Shown here one piece after another: positions 1-21,800 of a DNA stretch of 64,000 nt. Position 1 is the first letter of the stretch, and each line of letters begins with the position of its first letter. Position numbers and translations under genes: made by a program. Source of the DNA: Chrysomallon squamiferum (taxonomy: Eukaryota; Animalia; Mollusca); the NCBI GenBank assembly GCA_012295275.1, contig CM022673.1:2480001-2544000 (forward strand), read 5' to 3'. Under the pieces are notes generated by a model, which saw nothing but the letters and a program-made list of their open reading frames with translations, was not told the DNA's origin and ran no database searches.

Positions 1-1141
1 TTATGATAAACCACACTACTGTTACCTTGGTGAAATCTGTGGGCTCAGTCGGCTCTACAAATATATTAGGTAAGTTAGGTGTACCAGTAAAATAAATGCT
101 TAATATTGACAAAAATAAATTTTATAATTTCTTGGAATACACATTTTTCATATGAAGAATTTCTAACGTCTGCATATATACAAATCGTTGAACTACAATC
201 ATTCTATAGTTGTAATGACAGTGAATGGTAATTATTATTTCTGTTTTTATTCTCTATCCTAAGACTTAACTTCCTTTATTTTATTTTTAATTTTTAATTT
301 TTAATTTGTGATTTTATTTATTTTTTATTTATTTATATTCTTTGTGTTTGTTTGTTTGTGTGTTAGGATTGGTTTTGTGTTGCATGGTGTTTGGAATTGC
401 TGCAACGGCCGTTGGAGATTCAGGAAAACCTTTCATTGCTTTCTTTCTCTCTGCTACAGAAATAATCATGAAAATACTGAGATGGTTTGTATGGTAAATG
501 TCTGGGTTTTTTCTTTTCGTTCTTTCCATTTTTCTTCTTTTTTTTATTTTTAATTCTTATATTAAAGTACAGATGTCGGTTTACGGCACAGATTAAGGAT
601 GTTTAATTTTCGAAATGTCAAATAGGATTATCCATAGAATTAAATAAGCCTTCTTAACATAACAATTATATATATATATATATAAGTGTGTAACGCACAT
701 AAACATTTAATCTTCAAGTAACCAAATAAACTAGGTACGGATTAATGTTTATCTTCGTGCAGTAGGATTCAGCAAGATTTTATCATATATTTTCAGGTTT
801 ACGCCAATAGGCGTGGCAAGTTTAATTGCTGTGGCGCTTCTGGGAGCGGAACATCTCGAGAATGCTTTTCGGTCTCTGGGGATGTTTGCTCTGTCTGTGT
901 TCGTTGGTCTTACAGTCTATCAGGTCCTAATCATCCCTCTGCTGTTTTTTGCGCTCACCAGAATGAATCCGTACAGCTTTTTGTTAACTCTTGGACGTCC
1001 TATTATGATTACCTTTGCTTCCGCTAGTTCGTGAGTGTTACGAGTTTTTGGTTTAATATACTTAATATTTCTTGTGGAACTATATATATATGTATATATT
1101 TTTTAATAAATTAATTAATTCATGATAATAGTAATAATTAA

Positions 1142-1199
<58 letters not shown>

Positions 1200-1394
1200 G
1201 AACTGTTGTTATTGTTTCTGACTTTGTAATATTTAGTAAAAGCCAAATTACACACACACACACACACAAAGATCAAGCTTTCAGAACGTTTAAAGCAAAT
1301 GAACCCGAGGCTAGGAACCAGCGATATATATGTGTGTGTGTGTGCGCGTGCATTTGTGTGTGTGTGTGTATGTGTGTCTATTTGTGTGTGCATC

Positions 1395-1427
<33 letters not shown>

Positions 1428-1491
1428 CCACTTTATCAGAGTAACCAAGAGATAATTCATTCACAAAAACGATTATTTATTTTCTATTTCT

Positions 1492-1531
<40 letters not shown>

Positions 1532-2420
1532 CTACTACTGTAGGGCAATTGCCATACCCGAAACACTGAACAGCTTGGAGAACAAGAATGACGTGGATAA
1601 ACGAATTTCGCGTTTCGTTGTGCCCTTTGCTGCCACCATCAACCGAGACGGCAGTGCACTGTACATTTCAACTGCGTGCGTGTTTATCGCTCAGTTGTCA
1701 GACATCAGCCTGGACGGAGGCAAAATCGTGTTAATCTGGTAAAGATTTCGTACTGGCTTTATCTGAACCAGAATTAATTACTACGTATGTAATTAATGAT
1801 AGCTTTTAATTCTGATTGTTATTAATTGTCAAGATTATGATAACGTCATCAGTTAGCCATAAGGCATTTTTTATTTTATTTACATCATTCCATAAACAGG
1901 AAAGAAAGTATGGGTACTCGGTGGAATGGGATATTAATAATAATTAATAATAAATGTTGCTATGAACAACAGTTCAGCTAATATATTAAGGAAAGCATTT
2001 TTAACACGCACTTGATTATAAAATACCGCATTATAAAATAAATAAATAAAAATAAAACCGATGACTACAATAAAAAGTTTTAAATACACAATCCTCTTTC
2101 TTTGGAACAGTATTTTTCATTACAATTAATCATTTAACAGTGTCTTGACGACAGTTATATCCCTGGCTATTCCTTCAGTTCCCAGTGCTGGGATTGTCGC
2201 GGTTCTGATCAACTTGACAGCACTCGGCATTCCAGCCGACAGCATTGGTCTTCTGTTTGCTTTTGAGTGGATCATGTGAGTATACTCAAACAGCATCCTT
2301 TTAAGCATTTTCATTATTTCATTTGAAGTTTATTTTTGTTATATACCGAAACGGTCCTCTAAGTTAAAACAATTGATTCATCACTGAATTCTTTGGCTTC
2401 ACCAATTTCAGTTTAAAAAT

Positions 2421-2452
<32 letters not shown>

Positions 2453-3078
2453 CTTTAAACTTTCAGAGACAGCTACTTTACGCTGTAATAACTTCTGAAA
2501 AGTTTTAGATATCTCTGCGAAGTGACAAACTGTTTTTAAAAATTGTGCACCTCCAAGGAATAAAACTTAATTTTAAAATGTCTTTGTATAATTATATATT
2601 ACCAGGGGTGGTTGAAGGCAAATTTATATGAATAAAAACAAAAACAAAAAATATATGCCATTTTTAATCATTTAATAAACCGTTATTTATTTATTTACTT
2701 ACTTATTTATTTATATTTGCTTCATCACACCCAAACACAATAAAATCGACTACTGGGTGTCATTCAAAGGTAAATGAAACATAGTTATTTGAAACATATT
2801 GTTGAGGCCATCGCAGTTTGTTTAATCTGCAGATGATGTTTGTTCGTTCTCTACATATTTTTCTCTGACGTTTCAGTGATCGCGTGCGATCGTCTGTCAA
2901 CATGATAGGACAAGCCTACTGCACCATGGTGACTTACAAACTGTGTGTACAGTCACTGCACGACGCTTACAGAGAGGACCGCGCAGAAATTGAAATTCTA
3001 GTTACAGCTCCCGATACGGAATGCAAAAACAACTGCAACGACATCGTGGATAAAAGAAAGGCGGACTGTAGTGTCTGA
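1..3078 (+). CDS. SLC1/EAAT-family (dicarboxylate/amino acid:cation symporter) transporter, 3' part, divergent; 5' end outside window
   Basis: Phase-consistent GT-AG exons <1-69, 367-493, 797-1030, 1544-1738, 2141-2275, 2877-3078(TGA). Translation shows SLC1 landmarks: GSTNILGLVLCCMVFG (TM4c/5), WFTPIGVASLI, HP1 ITFASASSAIAIP, DKRISRFVVPFAATINRDGSALY (TM7), HP2 PSVPSAG, TM8 EWIIDRVRSSVN. Subtype not assignable by eye. Confidence 0.93.
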
Positions 3079-3704
3079 TGCACAATACAGAAAAAAAAAA
3101 AAAAAAAAAAAAAAATGAAACGACATGAAATAATGTGACAGCTATGTATGTTCATTGGTATTAGCATTACAAAATATTAATTTTGAGGTATCTCGTTTTG
3201 TTCATGAATGTGGCGTGCTCAAAAAAAAAAAAAAAAAAAAAAAAAAAACAAAAAAAAACATAAAAAATATATAACGCACAATTCATCTGCATAGCTGGAA
3301 GTAAGGAGCCTTTAAACAAATATTTCATATTCTCGGTATTTTTTTAAGACATTGACATTAATTCTGTTTGTACATCTATCTTCACAGACACAATAACAGC
3401 CATAAAATAAAATAAAAAGCAGGATATCCTGTGTTTTGAAAATGGGGACAATGTGCATACTCAGACACAATTTTTTTTTTTTTTTTTTTTTTTATCTATA
3501 CATAATTATACAAGAGTGTATTGTGTTCTCAGATTTTGACATAACAATGTAGACCTCTTGTAGCAAATAAAATCTATCTTCTTTTTTTCAGTGTTGGGAG
3601 ATATTAAATATTTTATTATTTTTACTTTGTTCAACATCAGTTGTATGTGTTTAGCAGCTGTTTTTTAATCCATTACTGATAACTGGATCAATTTTACTAA
3701 ATCC

Positions 3705-3754
<50 letters not shown>

Positions 3755-4200
3755 TGTTTACATTGCTATTCTTTCAGAAGAAGAAACTGGTGAGTTAATA
3801 AGGTATCTATAAAATTAGGTTTATCTTTTTTTTTAAATCTAAATAAACAAATAAACAGAGCTCCAACCATAAAATAAATAAATAAATAAATAAATAAAAT
3901 AATAATAATAATAATAACAGTAACAGTAATAATTAAACTTTTTTTTTTATATATTTTTATTTGTTGATCAAATATTGGCATTCAGAATGTTATTTAATGC
4001 ATCAAAGTGATCTGAATTTCACAGAACAGTAACAACCAAGCTCCCTATCATCACCTTGAGAGAAAAAAAAAAGAAAAAAAAGAAGAAATAAAATAAATAT
4101 AAAAATTATTTAAAAATAAATAAAGAACAGTAACAATAAAAATGACCAAATATAAAAATGAATAGATATGTTTTATCATTAGAAGGCAAAGCACTCCAGT

Positions 4201-11911
<7,711 letters not shown>

Positions 11912-12039
11912 TATCAGAAGTTTATCATTGCTTTTTAATAGTTATTATTTATAAGAATATATATTAAACATTTTATTAAAATATTATATCAGCAGAATTA
12001 TCTTTCATTCCATAATGAAATGCTAATTCTTGTTCCTGA

Positions 12040-12460
12040 CACCAATCCATTTAATTCGTCACATATATCCGACTAAGCATGGTAGTACAAATACGAAATA
12101 GTGTTTTTAAAGCATTCGTAACATCTCGGCTAAATTCGCAATACAACGGAAAGTTACGAATTATTCCAACCGTGACGTATCACTAAGGTGATTGAAGCAA
12201 ATAAGGAGATGGTGGATTGAGGCTTCTTTTTCAGTGAAAATATGTCTAATAACGTTAAATACGAGTTCGGCAAACGTGACAACCATGCAACAGAAACATG
12301 TACGGTACACTATTAGATTTAGATATATAATTAATTATCAGTGGTTAAAATGAAAATTTTAGCAGAAATAAAATAGCAGGTGCTTGTATTATTTATTGCC
12401 ATGTTTTCGTGTATTACTAGTTGTCGAAACCAGTTTGAAAATTTATCATTTTTCTAAGAG
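12040..12460. promoter_or_regulatory. Probable bidirectional promoter between RECQL (-) and DCDC1 (+)
   Basis: Local CpG enrichment in otherwise CpG-poor DNA between two divergent genes. CCAAT at ~12042, CRE-like TGACGT at 12173-12178, and an imperfect RFX X-box GACAACCATGCAAC at 12278-12291. TSS positions are not determinable. Confidence 0.6.
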
Positions 12461-12862
12461 GTAAACTTAATCAATACTTCGGATGTATATTATTTAATTC
12501 TTGTTATAAAATTACAATTATTTTCAAACTTCAATTAGGATAATTTATGTTGAATTTCTGAACTGACAGTCTATTCTGATTTATTAACGAAAATAAACAT
12601 AAAGCAGAACCATATATTAAAAATAAAAATGAATTCACTTATTTTATATATTTACATTTTATTAAAACGTTCATGTTACTCTGTACATATATATATTTTT
12701 TAAAACTTCATTAATCAGGTTTATTTCACTGATTTAACTTATGTCAATGATAAATATAATTAGTCATTCTTTAGGAATTCTAGTAAAGGATCAATAAAAA
12801 TGTTAACATTTTTTTTTTTTTTTTTTACATCACTCTAATATATATATTTTTTTCTTCCCCAG

Positions 12863-15800
12863 TGATATCACTGCCAGGCACAGAAGATGTAGAAGTAACC
12901 AGAGGTCATAAGGAAAAAAGTCCAAGATACGCTGATACAAGAGAAAGAAAGGGTCGACCTCTTTCTGCTAAAATGTCAAACAGAGACAAATCACAGCCAC
13001 ACACACCAACCATGAGCAAGGGAGGAAGCTTTAGGTTCAATCGATCTGCTACAGATATGGTCAGTTATGAGGATCTGATTGTGGCACAATACCTGGATGA
13101 ACTCAGACGAACGAAATGTGAAATCCGTAGAGAAAGAGAGTAAGTGTTTATGTAGCTGTTAATTCATTACATTCATCAACACATAGTTTCTTTGAAGATT
13201 TTTTTTTTTTACGATATTTTACATTATTTTATGTGAGGCTGTTTAGTCCTTTATTTATTTTATTCCACTAATTGTAATTCAGTGTACTAAGAAAGGCAAT
13301 CCTATTGGGATTTTATTTTTAGATTTATTAACAGATGTCTTATCATGAAAAAAAAAAAGCAGTTAAGTAATAAAATATTTAGATATGTTCTCTCAAACAA
13401 ATAACATAGTATTTCAAATATTTATTGAATTAAACTCTTCATGGTATATATTTATATTATTTACATTTGTATCCTTGTAATACTAAGAGAAAATTACTGA
13501 CGTTTTAAAAATTATATCATTCATTATTTTACCATTAGGGTTCCACAATCACCATATTTGCAACGACTTCCACATTCCCAGCTGTACTCTACTGTTCGAT
13601 ATGGCAGACGTCGACCAGCATCTGCTTGCACCCCAGCCCATGGCAGACATTCTGGAAAACCCAAAATTGATGCCAAATTTATAGCAGATCCAAATCTGTG
13701 GGATCCAGAGAGCCCTAGACATGACAGACCTCGCCTCAGATCCAGACCAGCAAGTGCACCCATAAGAAGAACTAGGTCTGTTTCTATTTCTTGTCTTAAT
13801 AATAATAATAACATTATAGTTTGATATCCCTTATTCAAAATGTTTGAACTTGAAGTGTTGAATACAGGGATATAGCCAATATGTTAGAGTGTGAGAAGAT
13901 TTAAACCATGTCAGACATGGTTTAAAAAATAGATAATAGCAATTCTTCAGACGAATTTGTATTTGAGTGTCAGTATTTGTAAAATATTGTGCAGCAGAAG
14001 TATGACCAGAAATAATGCACAGTGGGATGCAGCTATATCATTAGATATGGAGATATGAATGAGAACAAGGCACATGCATTAATCAGAAGCTATGTTGTTA
14101 ATATTGAAATTATCAGTAAAGTCCAAACATTTCTTAAATTGAATAGAATTTGAAAGGTACAGAAGATTATATAAGTTAATAATAATAATTCATTTTTTTA
14201 TTTTTTTTTATTTTTTTTTTCAGGCCGACATCTGCAGTTTCTTCAAATTACAGTTACTATGGCTTGTACCGACCTCTTTCAGGTAAATTTGAAGAAAAAA
14301 AAGAAGAAATTATTTCTTAGTTTTATAAAATATATGTTTGTCACTGTACAACATGTACTTGGACATGAGAGCGAGTGATTGAGTGAAAAAGTGACATGGT
14401 AATCAGGGCGAACAGTTGTGAAGCATGTCCACAACATTCACAGTCTCTGACAAAGCCAGGAAGTGTGTGTCTTGGAAGTGATGACATTTCACATACACGT
14501 CTGTGTCTCAGGGTACTTTGATGGGTGTGTGTTTATTCAAGAGATCTTGGTTGACAGAAACTTTTAATTGTTACACCTTAAGCCTCCTGACACCTTGATT
14601 ATTAAATTCTGGATCAGAAGAAATTAAAAAAAATCTAATGTTTTGCAACTTTGCGATTTAAATTGTTTATAATTTATTATTTATTGTTGTAGCAAAGAAG
14701 ACGAAATCATTGTATAAACAGCAACCTCACATAATTCGAGTCACAGCTTTCAAGAATGGCAGCAGAGATGTTTTCTGCAGGGCTGCAGCTCCCAACATGA
14801 AAATGGTATTTAACAGATACTTTCTGAATTAATCACAAGACATAAATACAGTTTTTATTACTTACTGTTTTGTTTGTTTTTGATAATTGTTCTGTCACAA
14901 AATATGATAATAAGATAATCAAACAAATTTACCAACTCTTTTTTTTTATTGTATATTTTTTTTTTTTATGTACATGACTCCAACTCCTTAGATCAGAATT
15001 TTTTTTTTTAATTATTATAATAAAATATCAAAATATTTTTAATGTTTCAGTTGCTGGAGTTCCTAACTGACAAATTAGGTTTGGGGTTTGCTGCACGAAG
15101 AATTTTTCTTGAGGATGGTATTGAGGTTTTTGAAGGTAGAGACATTCCTCAAGATGCTGAAATATATGTGTCTATGGGAGAACCATACAAGGATCCGGAA
15201 AAACCAGCCAAAAGTAACAGAAACTTAGTTTTATATTCATCTTATTGTTCTTATTATTTTCTTGCTATGGATCTTTTATGCTTATTAATTGCACAGTATT
15301 TTGGTTATAAATTATTTATTATTTATTTATGCAGACAACCCACAGAGATTTGATTTTATTTTAACTAAGAAATTGGTAAAATAAGTTTTAAAATAATAAT
15401 TATTATCACTTCTCTATGTTTTAATACAATTATTTTATTAATCCACATTTTTAACAAAATTTTAACATAATGTACTTAGCTGGACTTAACCAAACTAAAG
15501 TAACTTGTTTAGGTTGGAGACTTTTGTGTTAACATTAATATGTAGAGGCTCAAATGAAAACATGCACAGATAAATAAACAGTGATTGATGTGAATAGCTA
15601 AAATAAAATAACTTTTATGACTGGAATATGACTTCAGATTATATTGCTAATATGTACCAGTATATTAAAAAATACAACTGTATGACAATTCCTTGTGTCA
15701 TATTTGATATTAAAATTGTTTGGAAGTAAATGAAAGAAAATAATGGAATGACAAAAAATAATAAATTATGCTATTAAAAGTCAAGATGATAATCTGATGA

Positions 15801-18800
15801 TGTTTTTCCTTCAGGAAATCTGATTTTACGCAATGGTTCTGTGTGGACATTGTCAGGAATTATTCTCCCAGAGAAAGGAAAGAAAAGAGCAACAAAGTCA
15901 AAACTGTCCAAGCACATGAAGTAATAATTTTTAATAATTAACTCAGTTCATGTATCTCTCAATAAAAATAATTATGTCAATAATTATAAACACTTGAATG
16001 TAGATATTTATCATACCAATAATATTTTTCTTTTTAATTTAAAATTATTAAGAACAAAATTAATTAACTTTAATGTTAATGGTAATTTATGTTGTTAGGT
16101 TTATTTTTATTAAATTTAAATTAAATCAATAAGTTAATCCTGTTTTGATTTTGTTAGAATTTCTGAAGAAAACAAATTTATATCTGAAGATTCCATTATC
16201 TGAATATCTTATATCAGTTAAATGAAGAGTGAGAACTGACCCATTTTTGTTATTAAATACCAGTTAAAATAGTTAAGATTTTTAAGTATTGCTAATATTT
16301 ATTATTTTTAAAAATATGATGAAAATGATATCTTGAGTTTTAAACAGTTTCCTTTTAGTTTAGTTTCTAATTTAAAATGTTTTATATAGAATGTAATTAT
16401 TATGTTAATAGGTTGATTATATTACATTTTCATTTTTGAAAAAGAATTAATGCCATTAGAAAGAGAAACCACTGATTTTGTATACTTGTTTTTCAGAACA
16501 CTTGTTGGAGAGAAGAAAATTAGAATTCTTATATATAGAAATGGATCTGGTCTAGAGCCAGCAGAAGTCGTTGCAGACTGTAGCAAACTTGAAGAGGTAG
16601 CGAATCCTTAAATCATATAATAAAAATTAATATCATAACCAAGGGTATGAAAATGAATGTGATATTGTTGTTTTTAAGATCTACTTGGATGATTGAAAAA
16701 AAAAAAGAAATTAAAAAAAAATCTTCTAAATGTGTTGGTCATACTTCCAAGTTATGTTATATGTTATTTGTTGTTAATCTTAATAAATAATGAAATCATT
16801 ATAGAATGCAGTTTGTTACATACACAATGATGCTATGTGTGGATATATTTTGTAACAACATTACTGTAATTGATCAGATTGTTTTTGTATGATTTACTTG
16901 TTGTCTGAAAGTAATACGTCAGTTAATTGATCTTCCTTTGTGATTTTATTTACCATGCTAACCTGAGGTAATTAATTTATAAATAATAAATTCATTTCTG
17001 TGAAAAATTCCAGATGTCATTATTTATTTATTTATTTAGCTTTCCAAATTTGATTAAAAAGTAATAATCATTTTTTTTTAATTAAGTTTCTTGTGGCCTG
17101 CACAGCCAGATTGGACATGCGATCTCATGCAAGAATTCTGTACGATTGGGAAGGAAGGGAGATAACTGATCTTAGTGAACGTGAGTTCTTTTGCCATTTG
17201 TTTGTAAAATTTTCGATATAAATTAAACACTGATATTTTTATTTTATACTTTTTTTTTCTTTTTAATACATATTTACGTGCTGCACAACATAATTCAGGT
17301 GACAGTTAGATAATTTTGTCCACAATGGTGCAGGTTAGGTAGTTATTTGAATACAAAAATGATCAATATTATTTTTATCACAGATCTGATTGTGTTGCTT
17401 TCAACAAAACTGAAGGAAAATGAAAGATGGTGGTTTAGATCTTTATATTTAAGAACTGATTTGATTTGATTTGATTTAGTTTTATAAATAGAAATTCAGT
17501 ACAGTTCATTTATTTGTTTTGCTAGTTACCCTGCTAGATGACTGTTTGAAATCTGATGGATATGAACTTCGAGGTCCACTTTGGGTGTCTTCTGGAGAGG
17601 GATTCAGTCCAGAAGGGACAAGCTGTTTCATCAAACAAGCCATTTATATTATCAGACTTAAACTGAAAGAAGCAAAGCAGAGGAAATCACAGGTAATATA
17701 TTTTGATATTTGTGAAGGTTTTTTAATTTAATTTAATTTAATTTAATTTAATTTAATTTACCTAAACTGTAAAGGAAAAATAAGTTTGAGATAGTTTAAT
17801 GATGTTTTGTGTAATATTAGTGATGTTAAAGTATGCAGGCAGCTAAAGGTAGTATTGAGAATTTCAGAATTAGGGATGTCATGTTGGTTTAGTTGTGTAG
17901 AAAAAAGAGTTATAATCAGCCTAAAAAAAGGGTTAGCCCATTTGATTTGCTTGTCAGATCTGCATTAGGAACAAATTCAGTGTTAAAAATTATATTATAA
18001 GAATTAAAATATTTTTTTATCATTACTATATAATAATTTATATTTTTATTTTTAATATACACATGATCTAGACATCTTCTGTTCATTCTTTCCAGTTAAA
18101 AAACCCCAATTATTATTAAAATATTTCTTTTATTAATTTAGTTAATAATAATGATATAAATTTTTAAAATATTTTTAAAGGTTTGTATTCATATATGTGT
18201 TTATATGTCAGTGTATGTTGTATATCTGTATTTAATGTTTATTCAGATGTATGTTACCACAATAATATTAGAAATATGCATCATTAATGAAATTAGTTCT
18301 TCTTTCATCACAAAATAAATATATGTATATGCACATGTTGCATTCAATTTCTCTTGCTTTACTTTCAAAATATTCTTCAGACTGTATATTTTTATATTAT
18401 TATTACTTTTAATTTTTAAAGATTGACCTTGCACTAAAAGAGGAACATGACAACGTCAGTGACAAAGCCATCCTGTCAATGTCTCCAGAACAGTTGTACG
18501 AGGCTCTCGGAATGGTAATTATGTTTATAATAGAAAAACAACAACACCAGTCACACATACAATAGAAGGACATCATATATAATATGTACATACACACACA
18601 AACATACACATAAAGACTCACACATGCATACATGTTTCATGTATGTGTGTGTATGTACATTTACAGCTTGTTTTTGCAAGGTTAATTTTTTGAAGCTTAC
18701 CTTAGTCCTCGAGGTTTAAAATTTATGAGTAATAATAAATCATTTTTATAATTTTACTTACATTCATTTTTTCAAATTGGCAATAATTTTTTAATTTTGT

Positions 18801-21800
18801 ATGAAATTTTGCTTTTTTAAATATGTATTTGTAATTTGTTTTTAAATGTTTTATAGTTTTTGAAGGTGTTTTTGTTTTATCATTGTTTAGTTTAATTCGT
18901 TTTTGTTTTTATTAATGTTTAATATTTTGTTTTTTCTAAAAGACTGAGGATTATATTGATCAGCTGAATGAGACTCTGGCAATGTTGAAAGAAAAACTGA
19001 TGAACTTGAAGGAAGAACTTACCAAGGAAGAGGTTTGTTCTTATTTAATTCTTTAATTGTTTATTATTTGATTATAATTACACATTGTGTTATAAAGAGT
19101 ATACATATTGCTTACCAACTTACTTTTCAGCAATAAAAATAAATCTGTATTGTTAACCAACATACTTGTCAACAACACACACACACACACACATACACAC
19201 ACACAAACACACATCTTATGATGTCTGCATTTTAGGAGCATGCAACAGCTGTTAATATTGGTTTAATCATTTCACTAAAATTAAAAAATAACACTCAAGT
19301 TTATTTAATCACTGAAATGTAAAAATTAAAAATATTATGCTGATGACACGTTTTTGTTGTTGCAGGATATGGGTGTTAGCTATAAAATGACACACATTCG
19401 TGAAATACGTGGAGATGACAGATTGGTTGGAAGAAAAGGACTAAAATTAAAGGTAAAAAATTAATTAATTCAGGCAATACCTTTTTCTTTATTATTATTA
19501 TTTTCTCAAACCAGTAAATCGTAATAATCTGACATCAGATAAATATCAACTCATTGTGCTTTGCCTTGTTTTCTTTTTGATAGTTTAAATCCTGTTCTTT
19601 ATGAAATATGAAGCTTCTAACATTTTACTTTATTTGTTAATTTATGTCACAATACTGATACATATGCATCATTTTTGTTGAAATGTCACATCTACGAATG
19701 TTCATAATAGGATACGTTTGAGTTTTTGTATCAAACAGTTACACATCTGTATAAAAAGATAAATACACCATGCAGACAAAATTGTTAAATTTTATTTTAT
19801 TTCACTCATTTCAGATTTATGAAAATGGATTTGCAGACAAATGGCGTGTGTTTTATTTCAACCTGAGAGAGGCTCTGAAAGGAATTGCTGGAAACGACAA
19901 AGATAAACTGAGACAAAGGGTGAGAAAAATCACTGAGTGTGGAAAATTTGTTATTTCATGTCTCACAGGAAAAAGATAAATAATCTACACAACTTGCACA
20001 CACAAATTAACAGTGTTAAAAATGAATAATAATTGCCATAGCCAATAAGTAATAAACTGGAAATACAAAAAAACAAGGAAACTGAAATTAGAAAAATGAA
20101 CTATCCACAAGTTTTTTTGGTTTTCAAATAAGACAGTTTGACTATAAATCCTTTTGAATAAAAGAGTTCATATAATTTTACTTTATGTATTATAAAAGCA
20201 TCTTGCCGCTAACAGTAATAATCAGTTATATCTCTTCGTGGACAAAACCACAGTATTAGTCACCATTCTGCAATAACAATTACATTCTTTATGTTAGACA
20301 TGCATATGCTGAACAAATACACACATTCATAAAAAAAAGTTTACAATAAAAGTATTGATCCACAATTGTCTTTATTTCAGCTACTGGACGAAATCTCAAA
20401 CACTAACTTTGCATCATCTACAGCCACACCAAAACTTAATGCAGTGGCACAAAGACTTTATGACAAGTTTGGTCATGAAATCACTGATGTTATGACCCTG
20501 ACTGATGAACAAGAAGTTTGGGTTTCTTTTGGAGAACCTTATGTTTGCCCATTCAGTATGTTTACAGCACTCACTGCATCTTGTTTATGAGAACAGAAGA
20601 CCCAAAAAATAAAACCTTACTGAAGCCTTAAAATTAAATTAATATTATTTTAAATCTTTTTAAAACGCATAACATTTTTATTTTATTTTATTTCTCTTGT
20701 AATATAAATATATTTTATTTATTTATCTTTTTTTATTATCCTTTTTTCTTTTCTTTACTGAATAGCATATAAGCTGGTAAAAAGTTTTCTGAGGCTGAGG
20801 GTTTACAAAAGGTTCAAACATTGTCATTTAATAATTTCTTTGGTTACATAATATAATAATTTCTTTGGTTACATAATATAATAATGTCTTAGGTTACTTA
20901 AGACAATAAATTTTTTTGGCTTACACAGATTTTGGGGATTCATAGTATAATTATTTCTTTGACTACACAGTATTATTTATTTGGTTACATAATATAATAA
21001 ATTGCTTTTAAAAAAATTCTTTAAACTAAATGTATTTCTTCTTCTAAAAAAAAACAAAAAAACAAAAACGTAATCTATGAAGATGTAATTTAAGTATTAT
21101 TTATATGTGATAAAAGCAACAACATTAGTAATTTATTTAATTTCACTTCATGTTACTTTCATTTGAAATTACAAATAGTTAATACCTGGCAATTTCAGCT
21201 TACTGTCTGGAGGCATCCTTTGAAAAGGCTGTTAAATATGATGTAAATGGAACAGAGTATATTGTGAAAGAATCATTTAACCCAGAAGACCCTGAAGAAT
21301 TTTCAGAGTTAGTATATAAACTAATAATAATAATGACATGTATTATAGTAATAGTAATAGTAGTAGTTGTTTTAGTGGCTGTGGTAGCTGCAGCAGCTGT
21401 AGTTATATCATTAATAATGGTACAGCTTACAGCTGAAAAAATGAAAAGCTTTGAAAAATTACTTTAAAAACAACAACTGTAGTTAGTATTCTATTTGTTT
21501 TTTAATTGTCAACAAATTTTAATCTTTAGTGAATTTTCAATTTAAAAAAAAATCTTTTCTGAAGTACATTAATTTTGCCAAATTCATTTATTATTTCTGA
21601 ATTTCTGTCATTTTAAAATTTGCTAATTGTTAAACCTTATTGAATTTCGTTCTTATTAATGGAATTTAATCCACATTCCTATTTTCAGTTATTCAAACTG
21701 GGAAGCATTTGAGGGCTTTCCTGCCTCATATGAAGAAAGGCTGCATACACTAATGCCAACTGATTCAGAAAAATCTGTAGTTGACAGCAAGGCCTGCTTT

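Noticed and set aside
3089-3260. Poly-A runs after the SLC1 stop suggesting a retrocopy
   Set aside because: The gene retains introns, and A/T homopolymers are ubiquitous in this window.
13465-13480. GTATCCTT, a U12-type donor-like sequence (ATATCCTT also at ~45366)
   Set aside because: Neither lies at an exon boundary; surrounding introns are explained by ordinary GT-AG sites.
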